Positions 21,566 to 30,282 of a stretch of DNA of 64,000 nucleotides are shown here, in pieces. The stretch's first letter is position 1. Every line of letters begins with the position of its first letter. The DNA is taken from NCBI GenBank assembly GCA_009781145.1, contig WQYR01000001.1, positions 25,339 through 89,338 of the forward strand. Reading direction: 5' to 3'. This stretch comes from Propionibacteriaceae bacterium (lineage in GTDB: Bacteria > Actinomycetota > Actinomycetes > Propionibacteriales > Propionibacteriaceae). The position numbers and the translations under genes were made by a program. Below the pieces are notes generated by a model that saw only the letters and a list, made by a program, of their open reading frames with translations, was not told where the DNA came from and ran no database searches.

Positions 21566-22507
21566 TCAGATGTCTAGATCTTCGTAGCTACGCGGATCGT
21601 CTCTTGGCTCCAGATGCGCGTCGATGCGCAAAGTTGGCATTCGGGCGACGATGTCATCGATCAGGTCTTCGGTAAGGTCATGGCCCCGCTTGACCGTCCA
21701 ATCGCCGGGCACCAGCACATGGAACGCGGCGAAGTGACGGTTGCCGGCGACGCGGGTGCGCACGGCGTGGAACGAAACCTCGGGGGTGGTGTGGGCATCC
21801 AACACCTCATTCAGTGTGGAGATTTCAGCTTCGGGCAACGCGGAATCCATAAGGGAATTGACGGAGTCGCGGATCAGTTTGAAACCCGTCCACATGATGT
21901 TGACGCCTGCCAGTAGTGCCACCACCGGGTCAAGCCAACCCAAATGCGTCAACGCCACCAGCGCGACGCCCAACAGCACCGCGCCCGAGGTGATGATGTC
22001 CGTCATCAGGTGCTTGCCGTCGGCCGTCAAGGCGGACGAATTGTGCTTACGTCCCTGCTTCAACATAACGAAAGCGACGGCACCGTTGACGCCTGAGGCG
22101 ATAACCGACACCCCCAGGCCGATACCCAGATGCTCCAGGGGTTGGGGGTGGATCAAGCGTTCGATGGCCGTGTAGACGATAAACACCGCCGCCACAAAGA
22201 TCATCGTGCCCTCGACGATCGCGGAGAAGTACTCGGCCTTCGAGTGGCCGTACGGGTGGTTTTCATCCGGCGGCTGGATCGCCACACGCAGCGCGAAAAG
22301 CGCGACCACCGCCGCCACCAGGTTGACGACGGTTTCCGCTGCGTCCGACAGCAGGCCGACCGACCCGGTCATCAGGGCGGCGGTGGTCTTCATCGACAGC
22401 GTGACAACGCCGGCGGCAATACTCAGCCAGGCGAACCGCGATAGATCGACGGGCGCTTGATAGCGGTGGTGGGGCAGCGTGGTGTCAGGTACAACAGGCG
22501 TGGACAT
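21566..22507 (-). CDS. Cation diffusion facilitator family exporter
   Basis: 313 aa. Motifs SLLSDAAETVVN and HPYGHSKAEY, six TM segments, and a C-terminal cytoplasmic domain. Confidence 0.9.
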   Translation of the reverse strand: MSTPVVPDTTLPHHRYQAPVDLSRFAWLSIAAGVVTLSMKTTAALMTGSVGLLSDAAETVVNLVAAVVALFALRVAIQPPDENHPYGHSKAEYFSAIVEGTMIFVAAVFIVYTAIERLIHPQPLEHLGIGLGVSVIASGVNGAVAFVMLKQGRKHNSSALTADGKHLMTDIITSGAVLLGVALVALTHLGWLDPVVALLAGVNIMWTGFKLIRDSVNSLMDSALPEAEISTLNEVLDAHTTPEVSFHAVRTRVAGNRHFAAFHVLVPGDWTVKRGHDLTEDLIDDIVARMPTLRIDAHLEPRDDPRSYEDLDI

Positions 22508-22909
22508 TGAACTAAGTATGCCATCGGAGAGCCCCAGCCTTCTGATTCGGGGCGCCCGCTCCGCGGGTTTGCCGCCGATCCTCTGCTACCGCCATCTGGG
22601 TGGATGGTTGCCGGCGGTGACCACATCTTCCGCGACGTCGTTGGCCGTCCTCGGGAAGCCGGTTGCGACAAGACCGCACCCAAACGTGCTGTTTGCGGTG
22701 GCTCAAGACGAAATAGTGACGCTGTGTAGCCTGACAGTGCCCTTTTCGGGGTAATACCGCACCCAATCGTGTGGGCGGTGCCCCAGGGCGACGTTTGGGT
22801 GGAGTTTGTACCTGCAGGCGTCGGTTCCTCAGTGCAAGAGTGACGGATGGGAGGGGACGAAGAGGACTGCCAAAAAAGATGCCGTTGTTCGCCAGTTACG
22901 CGGAGTGGA

Positions 22910-23015
22910 AACCTAAGAACTGCCCCAGCAACCTCATCGTCGAGATTGAAGTTTTCGTCCACCTGGATCCCGGATTTTGCGGTTTGGGGGACGACAAGTC
23001 CAATCTCGTGGTCGA
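22910..23015 (+). repeat. Copy 1 of the duplicated structured module (X 22910-22933 plus Y 22936-23015)
   Basis: Y folds into nested helices CGAGATTG/CAATCTCG and TCGTCC/GGACGA. See the finding at 22508-23491. Confidence 0.75.
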
Positions 23016-23217
23016 GAACTCCCGCGCCCGCCTTCGCGGGCTTGTGTCCCACGTCCCCTTCGGGGACTTGGATTGGAAAGCTTCTTCCGCAACTTGTCGC
23101 TACTACCCTTTTTGAGACGAGTTCGATGTCAACCGTCCCTTTTGCGGAACTCTGGTTACCGGTCACTTTGACTACTGGGAATCTGTCGGTACTGTTCATC
23201 AGTCAGTTTGGGGTGCA

Positions 23218-23399
23218 AACCAAGGAACTGCCCCAGCCACCAACTGACAGTACGGAACCCAGCCAACTTGCACCGAACGCAAGGACCACCCAGGCCAGGG
23301 GCCACCAATCCACTTGATCGTCGAGATTGGAGTTTTCGTCCACCTAGATGCCGGCGGATTTTGCGGTTTGGGGGACGACAAGTCCGATCTCGTGATCGG
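23218..23399 (+). repeat. Copy 2 of the duplicated module (X' 23218-23241, ~75-nt spacer, Y' 23317-23399)
   Basis: Y' differs from Y by 5 substitutions and one 3-nt insertion over ~80 nt (hand alignment). X' differs from X at 3 of 24 positions. Confidence 0.75.
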
Positions 23400-23491
23400 C
23401 AACGGCACCGGTGGTTGTGTTTGTCTTCTTTCGCAGTCGCCAATTGCTCTTTCATCGTCCGATGAGGCATGGCGTCTCGTAGACTTGACCT

Positions 23492-24886
23492 ATGGCCCGT
23501 CCGTCTTGGTTAGATCTGTTCATGCGAAATTCTGCGCCTCCTCCTGAGGTGGCGGCGCCTGAGGTGACGGGGCTGATTCTGTCTGGTGGTGGGGCCCGGG
23601 CCAGCTTCCATATTGGGGCTGCTCGGTACTTGTATGACGTGGTGGGGATCGCCCCGACCAGCATTCTGGGTACGTCGGCTGGCAGCATCGTCGCCTCGAT
23701 GTTGGCCCAATCGCTTGACCCGGCCGTCCAGTCGAGTGAACTGCGCGAGTTGGAGCGTCTTTGGATGGGCATGACCGCCACGTCCGACATGTTTGCCGAG
23801 CAAGCCTGGTTCACCAATCTGCGTGGGCAGTTGGAAGGCCTGGGCAGTCTGCTTGGAACCCATACGGACGATGCCGAGCCGGTGTTGGCGGGCGATGCTG
23901 ACGACCCGAGAGAGGTTGTCAAGCGGGCTTTGGACACCGATCCGTCTCGAGACATGGTGCTGTCGCCGACTGACATGTGGCAGTTGGCCGGCTCGCTGCT
24001 GCGGGTGGGCAGGGTCGGCGCGGGTTTGGCGACCTCGGTGCGTGGCGCGGAGCGAGCAGCATCCGCCTACCGGCCGGGCCCCATCGTCCACCGTCTGCTT
24101 TTCGAATCGACCTTCCGGTCAAGCCGCATCAACAACTCTGGGGTGAAGCTGCGGCTGGCCATTGTCGATCTCGACTCCGGCGAGTTGCGGTTCATGCGCC
24201 AAGACGGCATCATCGTCGACCGCGACGACCACCCGCTTGATGACGTCGCCTATGACGTGGCGCTTGGGGTGTGGGCGTCCTGTTCGATACCCGGAGTCTT
24301 CCGCCCCGTCAAACTGGGCAACGGCGTCTACGTGGACGGCGGCGTGCGCGAAAACCTGCCGATCGAGATGGCCGTCAAGAACCTGGGTGTCACAAAGCCG
24401 TACGTGGTGGTCGCCCAGCCGCCGGGGCTGCCGCCCGAAGATTTCGCCGCCAAAGACATGGTCTCGGTGCTTCTGCGTGTTGCATCGATCACGTTGGACG
24501 AGACGATCCAAGACGAGGTCGAGTGGGCCCGAACGGCGGGCGCTTGCGTCATCGAACCACACATTGACGTCCATGATGCCGGGACGGTTGAGCCCGCGCT
24601 GCTGCGAATCAACCGCGATTACGGCTGGACGCGGGCGGCTGAGGAAGTCACGGGGGCACCGTCGTCACTGCGCGACGTGAACGAGGCGATCTGCCAGACG
24701 CGTTGCGATTGGGCGGCTCTGTTGCACCCCAAGGCGACGCTCGGCATACCCAGCAAGCCCGAGCCCGTTGACGTCGATCCGGAGCAAATCTCCGCTCTCA
24801 GGTCGCAGTTGAGAGCTCTTTTGGCGCAAGCCGACGAAACGCTGCTACCGCCCGGCCACGAAACCTGGGCCGACGAGTTGGTGTGA
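23492..24886 (+). CDS. Patatin-like phospholipase family protein
   Basis: Oxyanion SGGGARASF, nucleophile elbow GTSAGS, and catalytic Asp in VDGGVRENLP. Confidence 0.88.
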   Translation: MARPSWLDLFMRNSAPPPEVAAPEVTGLILSGGGARASFHIGAARYLYDVVGIAPTSILGTSAGSIVASMLAQSLDPAVQSSELRELERLWMGMTATSDMFAEQAWFTNLRGQLEGLGSLLGTHTDDAEPVLAGDADDPREVVKRALDTDPSRDMVLSPTDMWQLAGSLLRVGRVGAGLATSVRGAERAASAYRPGPIVHRLLFESTFRSSRINNSGVKLRLAIVDLDSGELRFMRQDGIIVDRDDHPLDDVAYDVALGVWASCSIPGVFRPVKLGNGVYVDGGVRENLPIEMAVKNLGVTKPYVVVAQPPGLPPEDFAAKDMVSVLLRVASITLDETIQDEVEWARTAGACVIEPHIDVHDAGTVEPALLRINRDYGWTRAAEEVTGAPSSLRDVNEAICQTRCDWAALLHPKATLGIPSKPEPVDVDPEQISALRSQLRALLAQADETLLPPGHETWADELV

Positions 24887-24912
24887 CACCCAGGCCTGAC
24901 ACAATAGAGGCC

Positions 24913-25857
24913 ATGAGCCAGCATGAATTGCGCAACGATCATCTTTGGGCCACGATTGACACGCTAGGCGCCACGCTGTCGCGCCTGCGCGTCCGCCAGG
25001 GTGACGGTTGGCGCGACATCGCCTTGAGCAGCGCCGAAGACGCCTACATGGGACGCACCGTAGGACGCTTTGCCAACCGTCTGGCGGGCGGCCGGTTCAG
25101 CATTGACGGTGTCGACTATCAGGTTTCCGTCAACGAGCCACCCAACACGTTGCATGGCGGGGCGGACGGGTTCTCCGATCGCCAGTGGGAGGTCGTCGCC
25201 GCCGACAACACAACCGTGGCCTTGCGTTTGGTGTCGCCAGATGGCGATCAGGGCTTCCCGGGCGCCCTCGAGGCGGCAGCGGCCTTCGACCTGGGCGAGC
25301 ATGCCTTGACGCTGACCTACGCGGCCACCTGTGACGCGCCAACTATCGTCAACCTGACGCTGCACCCCTACTTCGATCTGGGTGCCGGCGGCATCGACGA
25401 CCTAGGGCTTTGGATCAACGCGCCCGAATACACGCCCACCCGCGCCGACGGAATACCGCTTGGTGTGGTTTTCGCGGCATCGGACGGCCTGGATTTCACG
25501 ACGCCACGCCAAGTCGGTGCCGCCCGCGCCGCCATGTTGGCAGCCGGCCAGGATCGCGGCGGCGCGATGGATCACAACTTCATGGTGCCGGGTGTGGGCC
25601 TGCGCGAGATGGTGCGCCTAAGCGGCGACGGCGTCGAGCTGACGGTTCTGAGCGACGCCCCGGCCGTCCAGATCTACGACGCGGCCGGTTTCGCAGGCAA
25701 AGCCCACGGCCCGGACGGCCAGGCATACAACCAACACGCCGGTCTGGCGATCGAGCCCCAAAGCCCGCCCGACGCCCCCAACCACCCCGCCTTCCCCAGC
25801 ACCGTCCTGCGTCCTGGTGAAACCTGGAGCCGGGTCATCACCTTCCTGGTGAGTTGA
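24913..25857 (+). CDS. galM: Aldose 1-epimerase (galactose mutarotase family)
   Basis: GRFANRLAGGRFSIDGVDYQVSVNEPPNTLHGG, LHPYF, and the family-typical C-terminus. The ATG at 24913 follows TAGAGG. An alternative GTG at 24883 overlaps the patatin stop. Confidence 0.85.
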   Translation: MSQHELRNDHLWATIDTLGATLSRLRVRQGDGWRDIALSSAEDAYMGRTVGRFANRLAGGRFSIDGVDYQVSVNEPPNTLHGGADGFSDRQWEVVAADNTTVALRLVSPDGDQGFPGALEAAAAFDLGEHALTLTYAATCDAPTIVNLTLHPYFDLGAGGIDDLGLWINAPEYTPTRADGIPLGVVFAASDGLDFTTPRQVGAARAAMLAAGQDRGGAMDHNFMVPGVGLREMVRLSGDGVELTVLSDAPAVQIYDAAGFAGKAHGPDGQAYNQHAGLAIEPQSPPDAPNHPAFPSTVLRPGETWSRVITFLVS

Positions 25858-25982
25858 ATTCGGCAATGCGCAAGATGACGGAGTTCCCTACCCGTCATGC
25901 TGCGCGGAACGTAGAGGAGTCGCAGTATCTGTAAAGGTGGAGCAGAGACCTTGGCCAGATCCTGCGACTGCGCTTCGCTTCG

Positions 25983-26059
25983 CGCAGGATGACGGGGACG
26001 GGGTGTTTCGCAGGATGACGGGGACAGGGTGTTCCGCGGATGACGGGGACGGGGTGTTC
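25983..26059 (+). repeat. Three tandem 25-26-nt G-run repeats
   Basis: CGCAGGATGACGGGGACGGGGTGTTT, CGCAGGATGACGGGGACAGGGTGTTC, CGCGGATGACGGGGACGGGGTGTTC. An inverted related copy lies at 25883-25910. Confidence 0.85.
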
Positions 26060-26096
26060 CGCGCAGACGAAAAGAGGGGTCCAGGGAAACGGGTGG

Positions 26097-27521
26097 CTAT
26101 TTGAGCGCTTGAACCACTTGCCTGAAGATGGGGGCGGCGGTGGCGCCGCCGGTTTGATCTTCGTTGGTGCCGGCGTTGGCGACGAAGACACACACCGCCA
26201 CATGGGGCTCAACAGCGTAGCCAGCGAACCAGGCGTATGGCGCACGGACTTTGTCGGATTGGGCGGTGCCCGTCTTGCCGCCGATCGTCAAGCCCGGCAC
26301 CTGGGCCCTTTTGCCGGTGCCGTTGGCGACGACGCTTTGCATCATCTGTTGGAGCTCGGCGGCGGTGGTGGCACTGACGGCCCGGCCGTTTGAGACGGGG
26401 CTGTGCGTCGAGATCACGTTGAGATCAGCCCCGACAACCTGTGAGACGAAGTAAGGCTGCATGGCCTTGCCGTCGTTGGCGATGGATGCCGCCACTACCG
26501 CCATCTGTAGCGGGCTGGCCGTCACGTCGTACTGCCCGATGGCGCTGAGCGCCGTCTGCGACTGGTCAAGGCCGGTGGGGAAGGATGACACTGCCGAGTT
26601 GACGTCACCACCGAAGGGCTTACCGAAGCCAAACTTGGCCGCCTGGGCGGCGAGGGCGTCTTGGCCGATGGTCAGGCCGATGTTGGCGAAGGCCGTGTTA
26701 CAACTGACTTGGAGGGCTTGCTGCAGCGAGATCTGGTCGCCGCCGCAGTTGCTGTCGTTGGTCAGTTGGGTGTTGGTGCCGGGCAGCGTCAACTGGGCGG
26801 GGGAGTCGACCATGGTGTCGGGCGTCCACCCGGCCTCAAGGGCGGCGGCCGCGGTCACCAGCTTGAAGGTCGATCCGGGCGGGTAGATTTCGCGTCCGGC
26901 CCGGTCTGCCATGGGGGCGGCGGGGTCGGCGTTCAACGTCGTCCAGGCGGTTTGGGTGGCGGCGAGGTCGCCGGACGACAGTTGGGCCGGGTCATAACTG
27001 GGGGTCGACACATAGGCCAGAATTGCGCCTGTCGTGTAGTCGAGCGCCACCACGGCCCCTTGCTTGCCCTGCAGCGCCTTCCATGCGGCCTGCTGCGCGG
27101 CCGGGTTGATGGTGGTTTGCAGTGAAGCCACCCCGCCCGGTTGGCCCGTCAGCGAGTTGATCAGTTGCTGAATGACCCGCGGGTCGGCCGAGCCGGTGAG
27201 GGCGGCGTTGTAGGCCTGCTCCAGTTTGTTGCGCCCATACATATACGAATAGAAACCCGTCACAGGGGCATACATGGGGCCGTTGGCGTAGGTTCGCAGG
27301 TACGGGAAGTCGCCACTGGCCGGCACCGACTGGGCAATCGGCGTGTTGCCAGCGAGGATGGTGCCGCGCGGCTGCGCGAATTGCGCCTGGAGCACACGCT
27401 GGTTCGCCGGGTTGTTGTTCAGCGAGTTGTTGCGCAGCAGGTATGACGCCGTGACGTTCAGCAGCAGGGCAAACACCAGAAGCCCGGCGACGACACCCAC
27501 ATGGCGGATAGCTCGGTTCAT
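26097..27521 (-). CDS. pbpA: Class B penicillin-binding protein (transpeptidase) PbpA
   Basis: N-terminal TM segment. Motifs STFK, SCN and KTGTA. The ATG overlaps the rodA stop (ATGA). Confidence 0.9.
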   Translation of the reverse strand: MNRAIRHVGVVAGLLVFALLLNVTASYLLRNNSLNNNPANQRVLQAQFAQPRGTILAGNTPIAQSVPASGDFPYLRTYANGPMYAPVTGFYSYMYGRNKLEQAYNAALTGSADPRVIQQLINSLTGQPGGVASLQTTINPAAQQAAWKALQGKQGAVVALDYTTGAILAYVSTPSYDPAQLSSGDLAATQTAWTTLNADPAAPMADRAGREIYPPGSTFKLVTAAAALEAGWTPDTMVDSPAQLTLPGTNTQLTNDSNCGGDQISLQQALQVSCNTAFANIGLTIGQDALAAQAAKFGFGKPFGGDVNSAVSSFPTGLDQSQTALSAIGQYDVTASPLQMAVVAASIANDGKAMQPYFVSQVVGADLNVISTHSPVSNGRAVSATTAAELQQMMQSVVANGTGKRAQVPGLTIGGKTGTAQSDKVRAPYAWFAGYAVEPHVAVCVFVANAGTNEDQTGGATAAPIFRQVVQALK

Positions 27522-28975
27522 TTGTCGCCCACCTTCAAATGTTGTGTGGTGTCGTCCTCCGAAGCCGACACGCGTGGCCCGACAGGGCCGTCCTCAAGGC
27601 TGCTCAAGTCGATGACGGCGGTCTGCTCGACGTCCAGGTCGACGAATGGTTCGAACTCGACGACCGGGCGGCGGGCCTGGTGGCTCACCACAATCAGGAT
27701 GGCCGCGATCGCCCAGTTGGCCACCAGGGACGATCCGCCCCGTGACAAGAAGGGTGTAGTCAGGCCAGTCAGGGGCAAAAGCCTTGTGACACCGCCGATG
27801 ATGGCCGTCACCTGAAGAACGAAGACGAAACTAAAGCCGGCCGTCAACAGCTTGCCGAAAGAGTCACGCACCAGCAAGGCGGTTTTCAAGCCCCGCGACA
27901 CAATCAAGGCATACAGCACGATGATGCCCACCAACCCGACCAGCCCGATCTCTTCGCCCAGCGCGGCCGAAATGAAGTCGGTGTTCGCCAGCGGCACGCG
28001 TGACGGTGACCCGAGGCCCCAGCCGCGCCCGAACAGCCCGCCCCAGGCCATGCCGAACTGGCCCTCGATTATCTGGTAGTTCTGGCTCATGTCCGAGAAG
28101 GGGTGCAGCCACGAGTCGACGCGCACCTGAACATGGCCGGCGAAACGGTAAATGACGGCCGCCGCACCGGCAAAAGCGAAAAGTCCACCGACGACCCAAC
28201 TGATGCGGTCTGTGGCTACGTACATCATGACGACGAACAGGCCGAAGAACAGCAAAGCTGTGCCCAGGTCGTTTTGGAACACCAGGACAACCACGCCCGC
28301 GGCCCACATGACAAACACCGGCACGATGTCACGCAGCCGGGGCAGCGTCAGGGCGCCAAGCTTCTTCCCTGCCGAGGCCAGCACATCACTGCGATCAGCC
28401 AGGTAGCTGGCGAAAGCCAGGGTCAGCACGATCTTGGCGACTTCGGCGGGCTGGAACGAATAGCCCGCGATGCGAATCCAAATACGTGAGCCGTTAATGT
28501 TCGTCCCGATGACCGGCATCAACGGCATGAGCAGCAGTATCATGCCAACGATGAACAGCAGGTAAGGGTAGCGCTGCAGCACACGGTAGTCGCGCAACCA
28601 GATGATGACGGCGGCAAACGCCGCCACCCCGATGACCATCCAGACAAGTTGGGTTCGGGCCACATCGGTGCCGCCGATCGCCATGTCCAGCCGGTTCAGC
28701 ATGGCCAACCCGAGCCCGCACAGCGTCACGACGACGGGCAGGATCACCGGGTCGGCGTAGGGCGTGCGCACCCGCACCACCACATGCGCCGCCAGAACCA
28801 GCAGGGCACACAGCGCGGGCACCAGCCACCATCTGGGCGGCAAAGCTCCGGTGCGGTTCAGATTGGTCAGCACGTACCCGCTGATGCCAACGGCCAGCGC
28901 TGGCACGAGCAGGCCAAGCTCGACCCACCGCCGGGTGGGTACCTTGGGTGGGGCTGCGGCGGCGACGGACGTCAC
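27518..28975 (-). CDS. rodA: SEDS-family peptidoglycan glycosyltransferase RodA/FtsW
   Basis: 10-TM FtsW/RodA/SpoVE pattern. The GTG at 28975 overlaps the pstP stop (GTGA); a TTG at 28981 is the alternative start. Confidence 0.92.
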   Translation of the reverse strand: MTSVAAAAPPKVPTRRWVELGLLVPALAVGISGYVLTNLNRTGALPPRWWLVPALCALLVLAAHVVVRVRTPYADPVILPVVVTLCGLGLAMLNRLDMAIGGTDVARTQLVWMVIGVAAFAAVIIWLRDYRVLQRYPYLLFIVGMILLLMPLMPVIGTNINGSRIWIRIAGYSFQPAEVAKIVLTLAFASYLADRSDVLASAGKKLGALTLPRLRDIVPVFVMWAAGVVVLVFQNDLGTALLFFGLFVVMMYVATDRISWVVGGLFAFAGAAAVIYRFAGHVQVRVDSWLHPFSDMSQNYQIIEGQFGMAWGGLFGRGWGLGSPSRVPLANTDFISAALGEEIGLVGLVGIIVLYALIVSRGLKTALLVRDSFGKLLTAGFSFVFVLQVTAIIGGVTRLLPLTGLTTPFLSRGGSSLVANWAIAAILIVVSHQARRPVVEFEPFVDLDVEQTAVIDLSSLEDGPVGPRVSASEDDTTQHLKVGDK

Positions 28976-30282
28976 GGGCAACCTTCGACGGGCGGCGTCA
29001 GGCCTTCCCGTGCGGCGATGCAGGCGTCCGCTTGCTGTTGTAGTGTCTGCAGCGACTCCTGGGCAGCCTGCATTGAGGGCGGCTTGATGTCCCAGGCCTG
29101 CACCTGGGTGGCGTAGTAACCGGGCAGGTCTGCCACGGCGACGGCGCTGGTCTGTTCGATGGTGTTCAGATACCAGGGGCCGATCCTGTAGGGCACGCCC
29201 TTGAAGATCGCGGCGTTGCCGTCAACCACCCCGATGAAGTATTGCGTGCGCGTCCAGGCGATGCCGCTGATCGCCGCGCCGATTACCACCAACGCCACCA
29301 CGCCGGCGACCAGGGCACGTAGCCGGGTGGCTTGATGCGTCGGCTTTTGTGTGGCGCGGCGCGGCGCGGGTGTGCGCGGCGCCACCTCTGTTGGGATGTG
29401 TGCGCCCCATTTGGCCAGTTCAGCGACTATGTTGTCCGACTCGTCCGCGTTGTCGGTGGGAGGTTCCATGGTTGACGCGGCCCCCCAAAGCTTCGGCCGG
29501 GCGGCGTCGAGTTCGTCCTCTTGGGCAACGATTTCTGTGCACACCACGGTCACATTGTCCGGTGCACCCGCTGAGGAAGCATCCGCCAACATGGCGTCGA
29601 CGGCCTCGTCAACGGTGGGCTTGGCGATGGCCTTCCTGATGGCGGCGGTGTCCACATAGCCGCTCAACCCGTCACTGCAAAACAGGTAGCGATCACCCAG
29701 TTGGGGGGCTTCGGTGAAGTGGTCGGGTGACCCGATCGGCGTGCCGTTGACGACCCGCAGCACCAGTGAGCGCCGCGGATGCACGCGGGCCTGCTCTTCC
29801 GTCAGGCTGCCCTGGTCGATCAACTGTTGGACAAACGAGTGGTCGTGGGTCAGTTGCTTCAGCTTGCCGGCCCGCCAACGATAGGCCCGCGAGTCGCCAA
29901 TGTGGACGATGTCGAGCTCGTGGCCGTCGAACAGTGCGGCGCAGATCGTCGTGCCCATGCCTTCAAGCGTCTTGTCGGCCTTCACCAGGGCGGCGATGTC
30001 GTCGCTGGCCGCCGCCACCGCGCCGACCAGCGAGGCAACGGACGGGTTGGCCGCCGCCATCCACAACCGCCGTGCCGCCACCATCGACGCCAGATCCCCG
30101 GCCGCTTCACCGCCCATGCCGTCGGCCACCCCGGCCACGCGGGGTGACGAGCAGGCTGAATCCTGGTTGTTGCGGCGAAGCAGCCCCACCCACGATGCCG
30201 CCGCTACCCGCCAGGAAAACCGGTCCACTGGGTCGGGTGTGTCGGGCAGGCGGGCTGTGCGCTCGTCGGTGTTTTCGCTCAC
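28972..30282 (-). CDS. pstP: PP2C-family Ser/Thr phosphatase PstP
   Basis: RRNNQDS, ADGMGG, DSRAY, CSDGL, then a TM helix and an extracellular tail. The GTG at 30282 overlaps the fhaB stop. The ORF-track N-terminal 138 aa lie inside fhaB and are Arg/Pro-rich. Confidence 0.9.
   Translation of the reverse strand: MSENTDERTARLPDTPDPVDRFSWRVAAASWVGLLRRNNQDSACSSPRVAGVADGMGGEAAGDLASMVAARRLWMAAANPSVASLVGAVAAASDDIAALVKADKTLEGMGTTICAALFDGHELDIVHIGDSRAYRWRAGKLKQLTHDHSFVQQLIDQGSLTEEQARVHPRRSLVLRVVNGTPIGSPDHFTEAPQLGDRYLFCSDGLSGYVDTAAIRKAIAKPTVDEAVDAMLADASSAGAPDNVTVVCTEIVAQEDELDAARPKLWGAASTMEPPTDNADESDNIVAELAKWGAHIPTEVAPRTPAPRRATQKPTHQATRLRALVAGVVALVVIGAAISGIAWTRTQYFIGVVDGNAAIFKGVPYRIGPWYLNTIEQTSAVAVADLPGYYATQVQAWDIKPPSMQAAQESLQTLQQQADACIAAREGLTPPVEGCP

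Noticed and set aside
22508-22760. A possible metal (NiCo/czcD-type or Mn) riboswitch in the 5' leader of the CDF exporter gene.
   Set aside because: I could not find the conserved cores I remember for these classes (for example GGGGAGUA for yybP-ykoY). I cannot run a covariance-model search, so the match is too weak to call.
22423-23199. A 258-aa minus-strand ORF in the island. It includes the sequence ...VDENFNLDDEV..., reminiscent of the FNLD box of class I lanthipeptide leaders, followed by a Ser/Thr/Cys-rich stretch.
   Set aside because: - There is no ribosome-binding site.
- Codon usage is poor.
- The ORF reads out of frame into the CDF gene.
- The paralogous copy (23317-23399) has a TAG where this copy has CAG, and is preceded by a TGA.
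- No lanB, lanC, lanM or other RiPP maturation genes occur anywhere in the window.
- The FNLD match is most likely coincidental.
22508-23491. Housekeeping RNAs (RNase P RNA, tmRNA, SRP RNA, tRNA) as an explanation for the large gene-free island.
   Set aside because: The signature sequences are absent on both strands. These are GAGGAAAGUCC for RNase P, the GGUUCGAnUCC T-arm with CCA end for tRNA and tmRNA, and GGAAGGAAGCAGC for SRP.
23492-24886. The patatin-like lipase as the effector of a CBASS or other anti-phage system.
   Set aside because: No cyclase/CD-NTase, sensor or other defence-associated gene is adjacent. The neighbours are galM and a CDF exporter, so the context does not support a defence island.
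25983-26059. A CRISPR array.
   Set aside because: The units are directly tandem with no spacers, there are only three copies, and no cas genes are present in the window.
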